Of a stretch of DNA of 64,000 nt, positions 1 through 10,163 are shown one piece after another (within the stretch, counting starts at the first letter, position 1; every line of letters begins with the position of its first letter). The position numbers and the translations under genes were made by a program. The notes under the pieces were generated by a model. The model ran no database searches and was not told the origin of the DNA. It was given only the letters and a program-made list of their open reading frames with translations. This DNA is from Coleofasciculus sp. B1-GNL1-01 (GTDB lineage: Bacteria > Cyanobacteriota > Cyanobacteriia > Cyanobacteriales > Coleofasciculaceae). The stretch lies in the NCBI GenBank assembly GCA_040220235.1, contig JAVJTO010000004.1; one strand, written 5' to 3'.

Positions 1-138
1 CTAATCGTCTTCGAGGATTAATAGAACTAGATTTGAATGTTCATAGTTGTATAGGTAAAGATTTTATGGGAGGAAATTGAATCGTAAAATTAGATAGTTG
101 TTATAAGATTTTAAAAATATCAATGAGCTAAATTAATT

Positions 139-330
139 ATGCCTGGAATTAGTACAATTTTATTTGTAGATAAAAATTTAGATAAATCCGAAATAAGAGG
201 TAAAAGAATTATTGATGTTGGTTCATACGACTTCAATGGTAGTATTCGCCCACTAATTGAATCATGGAAACCTGCTGAGTACATCGGTGTTGATAATAAA
301 ATAGAAAGATTTACAAATAATGACTTTTAA
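139..330 (+). pseudogene. Truncated class I SAM methyltransferase (N-terminal fragment)
   Basis: IIDVGSYDFNG SAM motif I and YIGVD motif II, then a stop after 63 aa followed by AT-rich noncoding DNA. Confidence 0.6.
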
Positions 331-468
331 AATGTTCATTTTGCAAAAATAGTTTTAAAATAAGAATTTAAAAAAATAGGCAATATTATAAAAGCGCCAA
401 TTAGTTTTTTATAAAATATTAACTTGAAGGAACTAGTCAACATGACTCTATACGGAGTGAGTACAAAC

Positions 469-1302
469 ATGATTTTCCTTTATTTAGGGCATCACAAATG
501 TGCTTCAACTACACTACAAAATATTTTCCAGGAAACTATGATTTCTTTGGGAAAAAAACATGGTTGTATTACCTATCCACATCCAGAAATAGCACCTTTA
601 GTCAAACGTCGCCAGTTTGAATGCTTGTCCATACGACAAGCCGACTACGCCAAGCTAAAAAACATGGAAAATTTCCGAGCATTTCATCTAATACGTGACC
701 CTCGCGACATTATTGTTTCGGCTTATTTTTCACATCGTTATTCTCACGAAACGACTAACTGGCAAGAGTTACAGGAACATCGACAACAGCTTAATTCCGT
801 TTCCCAAGAAGAGGGTTTATTGTTAGAAATGGAATTTGGAGTGACTAGATGTACTCTAGAAGCTTTACAAAATTGGCAATATTCTAATGCTCATATATTG
901 GAATTAAAATTTGAGCAGTTTATTATTGATCCTGTGCAAACCTTTATTAATATATTTTCTTTCTTTGAAGTCTTAGATAAAAAATCAGCTAAAACAAAAA
1001 GGAACTTCAATTGGTTAAATTATTACAATAAAGTTATTTATTCCTATCGCTTACTGAGACCGTTAAAGATACCCTTAGCCAAAATAAAGCCCCAATATCT
1101 TAAGCAGATAGTTAAAAAATATTCCTTTGAAAATATGACTGGAGGGCGTCAACGAGGTCAAGAGGATATAAAAAATCATTACCGAAAAGGAGTACCAAAC
1201 GACTGGACAAACTATTTCACCGACTTACATAAACATTATTTTAAAGAAAACTATCCAAATTTGTTGCTTAAAACTGGCTACGAAAGAGATGGTAACTGGT
1301 AA
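469..1302 (+). CDS. Sulfotransferase (Sulfotransfer_1-like)
   Basis: HHKCAST 5'-PSB loop, RDPRDIIVSAY 3'-PB motif, C-terminal RKG..DW; ATG 469 has GGAG upstream (the ORF track starts at 424). Confidence 0.85.
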   Translation: MIFLYLGHHKCASTTLQNIFQETMISLGKKHGCITYPHPEIAPLVKRRQFECLSIRQADYAKLKNMENFRAFHLIRDPRDIIVSAYFSHRYSHETTNWQELQEHRQQLNSVSQEEGLLLEMEFGVTRCTLEALQNWQYSNAHILELKFEQFIIDPVQTFINIFSFFEVLDKKSAKTKRNFNWLNYYNKVIYSYRLLRPLKIPLAKIKPQYLKQIVKKYSFENMTGGRQRGQEDIKNHYRKGVPNDWTNYFTDLHKHYFKENYPNLLLKTGYERDGNW

Positions 1303-1327
1303 TCGCTAGAAGTTACTTGAAAAAAAG

Positions 1328-2245
1328 ATGGTTTTTAACAAGTTCACCCCACCACAAAAAAAAAGATACATGAAGATTGAAAAGATTATCTCGATGGCAA
1401 ATAAGGAAGTGCGATTGCGATTTACGGCAATGGAGCGATCCTTACGCGCTACGGGCTGTCAACTCCCGCTGTGGGTAATTCCCTATGACGACAATCTTTT
1501 TGAGTTACCTAAAGGCTCTAGCTGGTGGGAAATTCCAGAAATTATCAATTGGCTGAACGTTCAGCAATCTTTGCCAGTCATGCGAAAGTATCAATGCCTG
1601 ACAACCGGAAATTACCAATTTGTTGATGCAGATGTATGCTTTTTGAGGAATCCTGAAAAAGTATTGGAACCTCATTTTGGTTTTATTACCTCATGCGGAC
1701 ACTGGCATAATTCAAGCCACACCTATAGCGAACAATCAAAGCGCATAATGTCGCAAAAGACTACTACCTGGCAGAAAAGCGTCTTTAATACGGGGCAGTT
1801 TGCCTGTGATTTCCCTCTTTTTGAGATTGAGAAACTGAAGTCAGTAGCAATGCAACCAGATTTTATAGATACGTGCATTCAGTTTCGATTTCATGAACAA
1901 CCAGGACTTAACCTGCTAGTATTTGAATCTGGAGTTGAGGTTACAAATCTTACTCTTCCTCCTTTGTGTATGGAATCAACTTGGGCTGGTGACTACCCCG
2001 GCGAATATGCTCACTACTGGATAGAACTACAACGCAAACCCTATTTAATTCACTGGGCAGGGATTAGAATGGATGTACCTCGACCTATCAATCAAATTTT
2101 CTATGATTTTCTTACTCAAGCTGAAAAAACTGAGTGGGATGAACAGGTTAAGCAGTGGAGTCAATTACATGATAAAAAGAATAGGTATATAGAAGGGATT
2201 GCTCATCGCTTTAAGCGTGCATTGAAGACGCTAATTTATTCATAA
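1328..2245 (+). CDS. Putative GT-A fold glycosyltransferase
   Basis: FVDAD DxD motif, FNTG, EQPGLN and IHWAG resemble GT8-like motifs; polysaccharide cluster context; start may be 1370. Confidence 0.6.
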   Translation: MVFNKFTPPQKKRYMKIEKIISMANKEVRLRFTAMERSLRATGCQLPLWVIPYDDNLFELPKGSSWWEIPEIINWLNVQQSLPVMRKYQCLTTGNYQFVDADVCFLRNPEKVLEPHFGFITSCGHWHNSSHTYSEQSKRIMSQKTTTWQKSVFNTGQFACDFPLFEIEKLKSVAMQPDFIDTCIQFRFHEQPGLNLLVFESGVEVTNLTLPPLCMESTWAGDYPGEYAHYWIELQRKPYLIHWAGIRMDVPRPINQIFYDFLTQAEKTEWDEQVKQWSQLHDKKNRYIEGIAHRFKRALKTLIYS

Positions 2246-2272
2246 AGCCGTTGTTTACCCAAACTAATATTT

Positions 2273-3007
2273 TTGACAGAGGTAATCTTATTCGATAGGA
2301 TGTTAAATTCAATTTTTAGATCTGTTGATTGGTTAATTCCTTTGTATCGATTTTATCGAACAAGTCGTAAGGCTAAATGGTTATTTGTTCGTCCTCAACA
2401 AATCAAGTCATATCTTAATAGCTTTGAGGTGCGAAAACTGCAATTGGGTGGGGGTTCCCATCCTCTAGCTGGCTGGTTAAACACTGATTTATATCCCTTT
2501 CAAGCGCCGGGGGTCGTTTTCCTTGATGCAACCAAACCATTTCCTTTTAAAGATGAAACTTTTGACTATATATTTAGTGAACACATGATAGAGCATATAA
2601 CTTATCGGGATGGCTTGTTTATGCTTCGCGAGTGTTACCGAATCTTAAAACCTGGTGGCAAAATTCGGATTGCTACGCCTGACCTGAGTATCCTAGCTAA
2701 TCTATACAGAGCAGAAAAAACTGAAAATCAGAAAAGATACATCAAATCAGTGATTGATACTTGGCTTCCAGACATGGAAATTTACAATGAGTGCTTTGTT
2801 GTAAACAATATGTTTCACAACTTTGGACATCAATTTATTTACGACCAACCCACCCTCCAATGCGCTATGGAGAAATTAGGTTTTATTGAGGTGACTCGCT
2901 GTCCAATTGGAGAAAGTGATGACGAGGTTTTTCAAGGAATTGAGTTTCATCTCAATGATGAAGCTATACGGTTTGAGACAATGGTGTTAGAAGCTAAATG
3001 CTTTTGA
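2273..3007 (+). CDS. Class I SAM-dependent methyltransferase (type 11)
   Basis: KLQLGGG, FDYIFSEHMIEH and RILKPGG motifs; start may be ATG 2300. Confidence 0.85.
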   Translation: MTEVILFDRMLNSIFRSVDWLIPLYRFYRTSRKAKWLFVRPQQIKSYLNSFEVRKLQLGGGSHPLAGWLNTDLYPFQAPGVVFLDATKPFPFKDETFDYIFSEHMIEHITYRDGLFMLRECYRILKPGGKIRIATPDLSILANLYRAEKTENQKRYIKSVIDTWLPDMEIYNECFVVNNMFHNFGHQFIYDQPTLQCAMEKLGFIEVTRCPIGESDDEVFQGIEFHLNDEAIRFETMVLEAKCF

Positions 3008-3209
3008 TGTGATTCATTGAGAAGTGCTATATATACAGCTCTATTTTGTGAGAAAAACTACTCGACTAGGCTGGCAGAGATAACTTACCAGAAAAAATAA
3101 TACCCTGACTCCCTCGGTTTTCGGAACTGCTGGAAAACATTTGCACAGAAGGCCTAGTCTCTGAAGTCCTATAATACACAACCCAGTCAAGTTCTACATC
3201 TGGCTATCT

Positions 3210-4616
3210 CTAGAAGACTATATCTACCAGAGGGTTAAAAGTTCCGCTGGCAATATCGACCGAGGCGATTATGTCCGATGGTCTAAAACTAAAAACTATA
3301 TTAATAACATTTCCTCCCGCATTAATAAAATCATAGTCATTCAACCCTGCTCCTCGATCTGCGAGCTGAATCTGATCTACACCAGCTTCAAAATCTGTTA
3401 TGTCTGCCTGACCGTCCCTTGAATAGTATACTCCAGAACCAGTTTCTCCGATGATGAATAAATCTTCTCCAGTGCCTCCTGTAAAAGTATCAATATCACC
3501 AGTTTTTCTTGCACCCTCTTCATAACCGATTAAGGTATCATTTCCGTCACCACCGACCAATATGTCATCGCCAAAACTGCCAAAAAGTTCGTCATCACCC
3601 TCACCCCCTGCCAGATTATCATTACCACTACCGCCAATGAGAGTATCCAGACCATTATTACCTTCAATCATGTCATTTCCACTTCCTCCCTCCAGAATAT
3701 CATCGCCCTCTCCACCAAGCAGAATATCATCGCCATTCCCACCATTGAGGCTGTCATTCTCAGTACCCCCATCTAGAGCATCATTGCCACCCTCGCCGAT
3801 TAAAGTGTCCTGACCAGCACCGCCACTTAGAATATCATTGCCTTGAATGCCAAAACCAGTGTCGTTGTCCCCAACTAGACGATCATCACCGTCCCCACCT
3901 TCAAGACGGTCATTATTATTACCTCCAATCAAGATGTCGTTACCAGTATTACCAATGAGAATATCATCACCGACTAATCCTTGCAGGGTACTGTCAATCC
4001 CAGCATTTGCCGTAATTTCGTTGTTTTTATTGTTGCCGATACCCTCATTTGCGTCGTACCAGAGAATCAGATTCTCGATCGAGTTAGGTAGAGTATAGCT
4101 AGTCGTGTTACTACCAAGAAAGTCATCTCCTCCAATGCGAACCGTATCTATTCCACCACTATCAAATACAGTGTTAGTAGGGGTGAGATCGATATAGAGG
4201 TCATCGCCTTCGCCTCCATTCACGAGCGTAGTCTTACTCCCAGGACGAATCTGATCATTGCCAGCACCGCCTTCCGCGTATACTAGACCACCGAAGATCC
4301 TGTTATCGAGTGCATTGCCTCTTAGGGCATTGATTCTGTTTCCGCCCCTTACATTTTCCAGGTTGTCTCCCAGAGTATAACCATTACCTAATTTATCTGA
4401 ATCACTTATAATAACAAAATCATTACCTTGATTAGACTCTTCAGTGATCACATCACCAAAATCATCGACGAAGTAAGTGTCATCACCATCGCCCCCAATC
4501 ATGGTATCGGCTCCGGCTAGAGCAATTAGTATATCATCAGAATCACCGGAGTCAGCAACTATTAAGTCGTCTCCTGGGGTACCAAATATTGTACCTGAGC
4601 CTGTTATTTCTGCCAT
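3210..4616 (-). CDS. RTX (hemolysin-type) calcium-binding secreted protein
   Basis: Many GGxGxDxL nonapeptides, C-terminal ITDFEAGVDQI motif, no N-terminal signal peptide. Confidence 0.9.
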   Translation of the reverse strand: MAEITGSGTIFGTPGDDLIVADSGDSDDILIALAGADTMIGGDGDDTYFVDDFGDVITEESNQGNDFVIISDSDKLGNGYTLGDNLENVRGGNRINALRGNALDNRIFGGLVYAEGGAGNDQIRPGSKTTLVNGGEGDDLYIDLTPTNTVFDSGGIDTVRIGGDDFLGSNTTSYTLPNSIENLILWYDANEGIGNNKNNEITANAGIDSTLQGLVGDDILIGNTGNDILIGGNNNDRLEGGDGDDRLVGDNDTGFGIQGNDILSGGAGQDTLIGEGGNDALDGGTENDSLNGGNGDDILLGGEGDDILEGGSGNDMIEGNNGLDTLIGGSGNDNLAGGEGDDELFGSFGDDILVGGDGNDTLIGYEEGARKTGDIDTFTGGTGEDLFIIGETGSGVYYSRDGQADITDFEAGVDQIQLADRGAGLNDYDFINAGGNVINIVFSFRPSDIIASVDIASGTFNPLVDIVF

Positions 4617-4804
4617 TGTTCTGTCCTGAACGTATATGTTTTATGACTGTACATACATTTACTACATAGAGTAAACTTAAACTTAGTTGATAAGACTTGG
4701 CTTATAGTTTATTATAACTTATTATCAGCCAATTCTCACAATTAATATATAATTTATTACATTTGTGTGTATTTGCACTCATCAATCCCTAATTCCCTAT
4801 TACC

Positions 4805-5653
4805 ATGCCCTCAAGTCCCTTTTTTTCAGTCGTAATACCAACATATCACCGCAATGACCTACTGGTAAAGTGCCTCGACTGCCTAGCGCCTGGAAGGCAG
4901 ACTATACCTGCCGATCAATACGAAGTAATTATCACGGATGATGGTTGCCAAGCGACTGCCGAGACAATAGTACTAGAATACTATCCCTGGGCTAAATGGG
5001 TGGCAGGATCAAGGTTAGGACCTGCAAGTAACCGAAACAATGGGGCTAAGTATGCTCAGGGAGAATGGCTAGTTTTCACAGATGATGACTGTTTGCCCGA
5101 TCCCCAATGGCTAGAAGCTTATCGGGAGGCGGTAGCCGCTGAGACTGCTTGCTTAATTTTTGAAGGACGAGTATACGTGGATCGTCCCAGACGTAGCTTT
5201 AGCGAAACCGCACCAATCAATGAATTAGGAGGGTATCTTTGGTCTTGCAACTTTGCCATTCACAGGCAGTTATTTGAATTTTTAGGCGGTTTCGATGATC
5301 GATTTCCCTACGCGGCGATGGAGGACGTAGATTTGAAGTTAAGAATCACAAAGAGTCAACAAAAATTTATTTTTGTTAAAAGAGCGGCTGTCTGTCACCC
5401 TTGGCGATATAAAGGGGGATGGAAACAGCTAAAAAAGCGTCAAGAATCAGTTCTGCTCTACTTATCAATTCACCCGGAACAACTAACACACCTCAATTAT
5501 CGCTTTTTTATTAGAAGCTTTTTTCGGACTATTATAGTAGGATTAAATGCCATCCAAAAACTAAATTTAATTGAAATAAAAGAACTTCTAAATGAAGCGA
5601 TTTATTTCTTGCGAATGTCTATTTTGGTAACAACTAATTGTCATAAGTTGTAA
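4805..5653 (+). CDS. Glycosyltransferase family 2
   Basis: SVVIPTY, ITDDG, FTDDDC and GGFDDRF...EDVD motifs. Confidence 0.92.
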   Translation: MPSSPFFSVVIPTYHRNDLLVKCLDCLAPGRQTIPADQYEVIITDDGCQATAETIVLEYYPWAKWVAGSRLGPASNRNNGAKYAQGEWLVFTDDDCLPDPQWLEAYREAVAAETACLIFEGRVYVDRPRRSFSETAPINELGGYLWSCNFAIHRQLFEFLGGFDDRFPYAAMEDVDLKLRITKSQQKFIFVKRAAVCHPWRYKGGWKQLKKRQESVLLYLSIHPEQLTHLNYRFFIRSFFRTIIVGLNAIQKLNLIEIKELLNEAIYFLRMSILVTTNCHKL

Positions 5654-5703
5654 TTACAATAAGTAGTCAAACACAAGTTTCGGATCTCAAACTGTACAAG
5701 AAT

Positions 5704-6618
5704 ATGAAATATTCAAAAAAACTGAAAGGAAATTGCCCATTGAAGGTAGAATATGGCATAGTATTGGGCTGCCCTCGTTCGGGAACTACATTTCTGATGA
5801 AAGCACTTAAAGGCTTGCCAAATTCTGAGTGTATTTCCGGCTCTCATTTACCTGTATCTATTCCTCACATTGTTAGTTTTTCTTTGACTGAACCGCTGAA
5901 AAAAGCTTTGGCATTTGGATTTGAACATTCATTGCTCAACTACTTAGATGAGGCGACTAACAGTCAATGGCTAGCCTTGCAGAAATGGCTAAAAGGAAGT
6001 GCCAGCATCACCGAGTTGATTCAAACGATACAGCGCAAGCGAAAGGTAGAACGTATAGTTTATAAAGAGCCTTTTTTGGGATTTTCTCCAGAATTTATCT
6101 ATAAAGCTCTCCCCAATTGCCGAATCATTCACATCTACCGGGATGGTCGGGATTGTGCTAACTCGCTTGTCCGCAGTTACAACGTACTGACTGATGAAAA
6201 ATTACAAGACTTACGCACAGCAGAAATGCCTTTGGGTCGTCAATATGATTATCGTTACGTACCTTGGTGGGTTGAGGAAGAAAGAGAAGAGGAATTTATT
6301 GCTTGCACTCCCTATGTACGAGCAATCTGGATGTGGAAAGAGATAGTGAGCCGTTGTCATGATTTTTTTTCCCGTCCGGAGATCATTGCTAGTAACCGAA
6401 TTTTGTTACTAAAGTATGAGGATTTTGTTAATGAGCCGCTTAAATACGGAGAAATTGTGGTAGAATTCCTGGGTTGTAAAATGAATAATAGATTGCGAAA
6501 AAAATTTAAACAAGCTAGTAACCGTTCAATTGGAAGTTACCAAGGACGTGATCCAAGAGAAATTGAAGTAGCTGAGAGAGTAGCCCAGGTGGAACTTGAA
6601 ATTTATGAATATCTTTAA
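5704..6618 (+). CDS. Sulfotransferase (Sulfotransfer_3-like)
   Basis: GCPRSGTT, IHIYRDGRDCANS and KYEDFV motifs. Confidence 0.88.
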   Translation: MKYSKKLKGNCPLKVEYGIVLGCPRSGTTFLMKALKGLPNSECISGSHLPVSIPHIVSFSLTEPLKKALAFGFEHSLLNYLDEATNSQWLALQKWLKGSASITELIQTIQRKRKVERIVYKEPFLGFSPEFIYKALPNCRIIHIYRDGRDCANSLVRSYNVLTDEKLQDLRTAEMPLGRQYDYRYVPWWVEEEREEEFIACTPYVRAIWMWKEIVSRCHDFFSRPEIIASNRILLLKYEDFVNEPLKYGEIVVEFLGCKMNNRLRKKFKQASNRSIGSYQGRDPREIEVAERVAQVELEIYEYL

Positions 6619-6749
6619 TATTAATGAATAAAAGGAATAAATTGATGAACTTCACTAATATACCAAAAATAGCTGGAACTTTTTCTTGTCCTGAAACGTA
6701 GATAAAATCTAATATTAAATTGAGTAATTCAAGTTAAAATTAAAAACTG

Positions 6750-7838
6750 ATGGTAATTATCCAAATTATCCCTTACCTGCCCCCAGCAATTAGTGGTGTA
6801 GGAGATTATGCGCTTAATCTTGCTTACCAACTCCATAAAGATTTTGACATCACAACCCATTTTGTTGTCGGAGATCCTAATTGGCAAGGTTCTACGCACC
6901 TCGAAGGTTTTTCCATCAGCCAGGTGACTAAGCATTCGGATGCTATTTTGTTATCTCTCTTACCGAGTAACCAAGCTACAGTACTATTACATTACGTCGG
7001 TTATGGTTATGCCAGAAGAGGTTGCCCTTTCTGGTTGGTGGAGGGATTGCAGCAGTGGTGTGCTTCTGGTATCAATAAATGCCTTGTGACGATGTTCCAT
7101 GAAGTCTACGCTTCTGGACTCCCCTGGACAAGCGCTTTCTGGTTATCTCCCCTACAAAGAAAATTAGCCGCTTGCCTTACTCAGATAAGTACTCACTGCT
7201 TCACGAGCAAACAAAGTTACGCAGAAATACTCAATACCTTTAGCCGTAGTAAAAATATCTCAGTTACTACATTACCAATTTTTTCAACGATTGGAGAGCC
7301 GACTCAGATACTCCCTTTAGCAGAGCGTAGCAAACGACTAGTGATATTTGGAAGTCGAGGTAAACGGCTCAGGGTTTACAAAGAGTGCCAAGAACAACTA
7401 AGCAAAGCTTGTCAACTGTTAGAGGTGGAGGAAATCTGGGATATTGGACAACCTACAGGTCTGGCTTTATCCCCTGTCAATAACCTGACGATAGTTGAGA
7501 AGGGACAACAGCCAGCCAAGCAAATAAGTTGTATCCTCTTGAATTCCGCAGCAGGTTTATTGGATAATAACCCTAACTTCCTGGCAAAATCAACAATTTT
7601 TGCCGCCTATTGCGCTCACGGGGTATTGCCTATAATTTGCCGAGGTAGTGCCTTGCCAACAGATGGTATTGAATTGGGAAAACATTACTGGGTGGTTGAT
7701 CATCGGGAAAGAGAGCTACCAAATAAAATAGACTTACAACAAATCACCAATAATGCTTATTCCTGGTATCAAACCCATAACTTGTCGTTACAAGCAAATA
7801 TTTATGCCACCCATCTAAAAAATCAAAGTTCACAATAA
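6750..7838 (+). CDS. GT-B fold glycosyltransferase (GT4-like)
   Basis: SGVGDYA, TMFHE and KSTIFAAYCAHG motifs; cluster context. Confidence 0.75.
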   Translation: MVIIQIIPYLPPAISGVGDYALNLAYQLHKDFDITTHFVVGDPNWQGSTHLEGFSISQVTKHSDAILLSLLPSNQATVLLHYVGYGYARRGCPFWLVEGLQQWCASGINKCLVTMFHEVYASGLPWTSAFWLSPLQRKLAACLTQISTHCFTSKQSYAEILNTFSRSKNISVTTLPIFSTIGEPTQILPLAERSKRLVIFGSRGKRLRVYKECQEQLSKACQLLEVEEIWDIGQPTGLALSPVNNLTIVEKGQQPAKQISCILLNSAAGLLDNNPNFLAKSTIFAAYCAHGVLPIICRGSALPTDGIELGKHYWVVDHRERELPNKIDLQQITNNAYSWYQTHNLSLQANIYATHLKNQSSQ

Positions 7839-8046
7839 GGAAATAAAATGAGGCTCTTTCAGACTAACTATGATAAATTACTACAAAAAAATCTCCACAA
7901 TCTTTGCTACGCAAGCATCATGGAGATTTAAAAAAGCAATTTTATTAAATAAAATAGGCTTTTTATTTTGTTAGATCCTTTGCTATTTAAGGGTTTAAGC
8001 TCATTTAAATTGTTAATTTGCCATAACCAGTCTAAGAGAGCCTAAA

Positions 8047-9246
8047 ATGAGTGAGCATAGATACCGATTACTCTTTGTTGTTTCTCATCCAATTCAATAT
8101 GCGGTGCCGCTTTTTCGTTTAATGGCAGAGCATCCAAAACTGGATATACTAGTAGCCTATTGTAGCTTACAAGGAGCAGAACCGGGAATAGACTCGGAAT
8201 TTGGGATAGAAGTAGCATGGGACATTCCATTGCTGGATGGTTATCCTTGGATTTATCTACCCAACCAATCTCCAAAACCAAGGTTAGGTAATTTTTTCGG
8301 ACTGATAAATCTGGGGCTATGGCAGCTTGTACGCACAAATAGTTTTGACGCTGTAGTTGCCTATACAGGTTATGCCTATGCCAGCTTCTGGATTGTGGCA
8401 GCAGCAGCAAAAACTCAGGAAATGGCTCTTCTGTTTGGTACAGATGCTCATGAATTAAGTACCCGAGACAATCAATTGTGGAAAGTTCAGATAAAGAAGT
8501 GGCTATTGCCTCAGATTTTTAGCCTAGCAGATATCGTTATTGTTCTTTCATCTGGGGGATTGAAACTGATGTCTTCTCTGGGCATTCCTCAACAAAGGGT
8601 GCAACTAACGCCTTATGTGGTTGACAATCAATGGTGGATCACTCAGTCAGAACAAGTAAACCGAGAAGTGGTGCGGCAACAGTGGGATATTCCTCAAGCG
8701 GCAGTTGTTGTGCTGTTTTGTGCTAAACTCCAACCTTGGAAGCGCCCCCGGGATGTATTAAAAGCTTTTGCCAAAGCAAATGTTTCTGGTAGCTATCTAG
8801 TATTTGCTGGCGAAGGTCCTTTGCGAATAGAATTGGAAGCAGCAGCTAAAGCGTTGCAGCTTTCAGAGAGAGTCAAATTCCTTGGCTTTGTCAATCAGTC
8901 TCACATGCCCTCTATCTATCGGTCTGCTGATTTGTTTATTTTGCCCTCGGAATATGAACCATTTGGTGTAGTTGTAAACGAGGCAATGCTATGTGGTTGT
9001 CCAGTTACTGTGAGTGATCAAGTCGGTGCCCGTTATGATCTTATCCATCCTAGCGAAACTGGAATAGTATACCCTTGTGGTAATGTGGATGCCTTAGCAG
9101 CAATTTTACAATCGTTGTTGCCGGATAAGAAGCGACTAAAGCGGATGGGAGAAGCCGCTTACCAACGAATGAAAACTTGGTCGCCTCGCGAGAATGTAGA
9201 AGCTTTAGTCAAGGCGATAGAAAGATCTGTAAAACATAAAGCATAA
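8047..9246 (+). CDS. Glycosyltransferase family 4
   Basis: EPFGVVVNEAM ExxxxxxxE motif. Confidence 0.92.
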   Translation: MSEHRYRLLFVVSHPIQYAVPLFRLMAEHPKLDILVAYCSLQGAEPGIDSEFGIEVAWDIPLLDGYPWIYLPNQSPKPRLGNFFGLINLGLWQLVRTNSFDAVVAYTGYAYASFWIVAAAAKTQEMALLFGTDAHELSTRDNQLWKVQIKKWLLPQIFSLADIVIVLSSGGLKLMSSLGIPQQRVQLTPYVVDNQWWITQSEQVNREVVRQQWDIPQAAVVVLFCAKLQPWKRPRDVLKAFAKANVSGSYLVFAGEGPLRIELEAAAKALQLSERVKFLGFVNQSHMPSIYRSADLFILPSEYEPFGVVVNEAMLCGCPVTVSDQVGARYDLIHPSETGIVYPCGNVDALAAILQSLLPDKKRLKRMGEAAYQRMKTWSPRENVEALVKAIERSVKHKA

Positions 9247-9271
9247 GACGAAAATTGTTTTTGAGGTTTTA

Positions 9272-9976
9272 ATGTTAAACGATAAGGACAGATATTTAAT
9301 TGTAGGCACTGGACGCTCCGGCTCCAGCTTATTAGCCGCTATTCTAGCGGATGCAGGAGCAGACTTCAATCTACCTAGTGTATTAACATGGAATAGAAGC
9401 TCCGGAGCTTATGAACATCCTAAGCTTATTTGTGCTTGCAAATGGTTTTTTCGATCGCACAAGGCAGCTTTCCTTTCAGACCAATTGCGTCGCTTTTGCG
9501 AAATTAGGATGGAAAGGGAATTATTGCTCCTTTGGCAAGAGGCAGTGTTTGCCAAGTATCCAAATGCAGTTTGGTTGATTCATTTTATCCCCAGGTTAGG
9601 CTATAGTCCTAAGGTAATTTTATCTTATAGAGAATTTACAAGTTTTAGCCTGAGTGAGTATTTAAAAAAAGGAGTATCTATGCCTGATTTAGTGAAAAAG
9701 TATTATGAAATTAATAGTACGGCAATGTTGGCATTAAATGTTTTTGGTGGGGTGGCAGTAAGTTACGAGGAGTTGGTAGATAAAAATGATACAATGTGGG
9801 CAGATGCAATTTCTTCATTAACCAATATAGACAGTCAAAAAATTATATATTTTCGCAATCAGAGAGTCAAAGAGATAAAAAATAAAAACAATTTTTCCAT
9901 TTACTATGATGAGAAAACCACGAATATTTATCAATCCATGGTTGAGTTAAAAGGCAAATTAATAAAAAACAATTGA
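9272..9976 (+). CDS. Sulfotransferase-like protein
   Basis: IVGTGRSGSS PAPS-binding loop and VSYEELV motif. Confidence 0.75.
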   Translation: MLNDKDRYLIVGTGRSGSSLLAAILADAGADFNLPSVLTWNRSSGAYEHPKLICACKWFFRSHKAAFLSDQLRRFCEIRMERELLLLWQEAVFAKYPNAVWLIHFIPRLGYSPKVILSYREFTSFSLSEYLKKGVSMPDLVKKYYEINSTAMLALNVFGGVAVSYEELVDKNDTMWADAISSLTNIDSQKIIYFRNQRVKEIKNKNNFSIYYDEKTTNIYQSMVELKGKLIKNN

Positions 9977-10029
9977 CACTAATCCTCCTAAATACCGCTA
10001 CTATGGATAATTAAAGTTGATAATGTATA

Positions 10030-10132
10030 TATAGCAATCCTATTTAGGTTGTGGCAATTTTCAAAAGTGAACCCCCTGCTATACCTAGGTTTCAATCCGT
10101 TCACTTGTTGCATCCTATTTAAAATTGCTATA
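10030..10132. mobile_element. 103-bp MITE-like element, copy 1
   Basis: Ends TATAGCAATCCTA...TAAAATTGCTATA form an inverted repeat with TA termini; near-identical copy at 16898-17000. Confidence 0.8.
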
Positions 10133-10163
10133 CTGCTTATTCAGAAATTTTACAAGTCAATCA

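Noticed and set aside
3562..4098. Ser/Pro-rich plus-strand ORFs
   Set aside because: Antisense shadows of the Gly/Asp RTX repeats
4649..4662. GTA-N8-TAC NtcA-like site
   Set aside because: No properly spaced -10 box on either strand; expected by chance in AT-rich DNA
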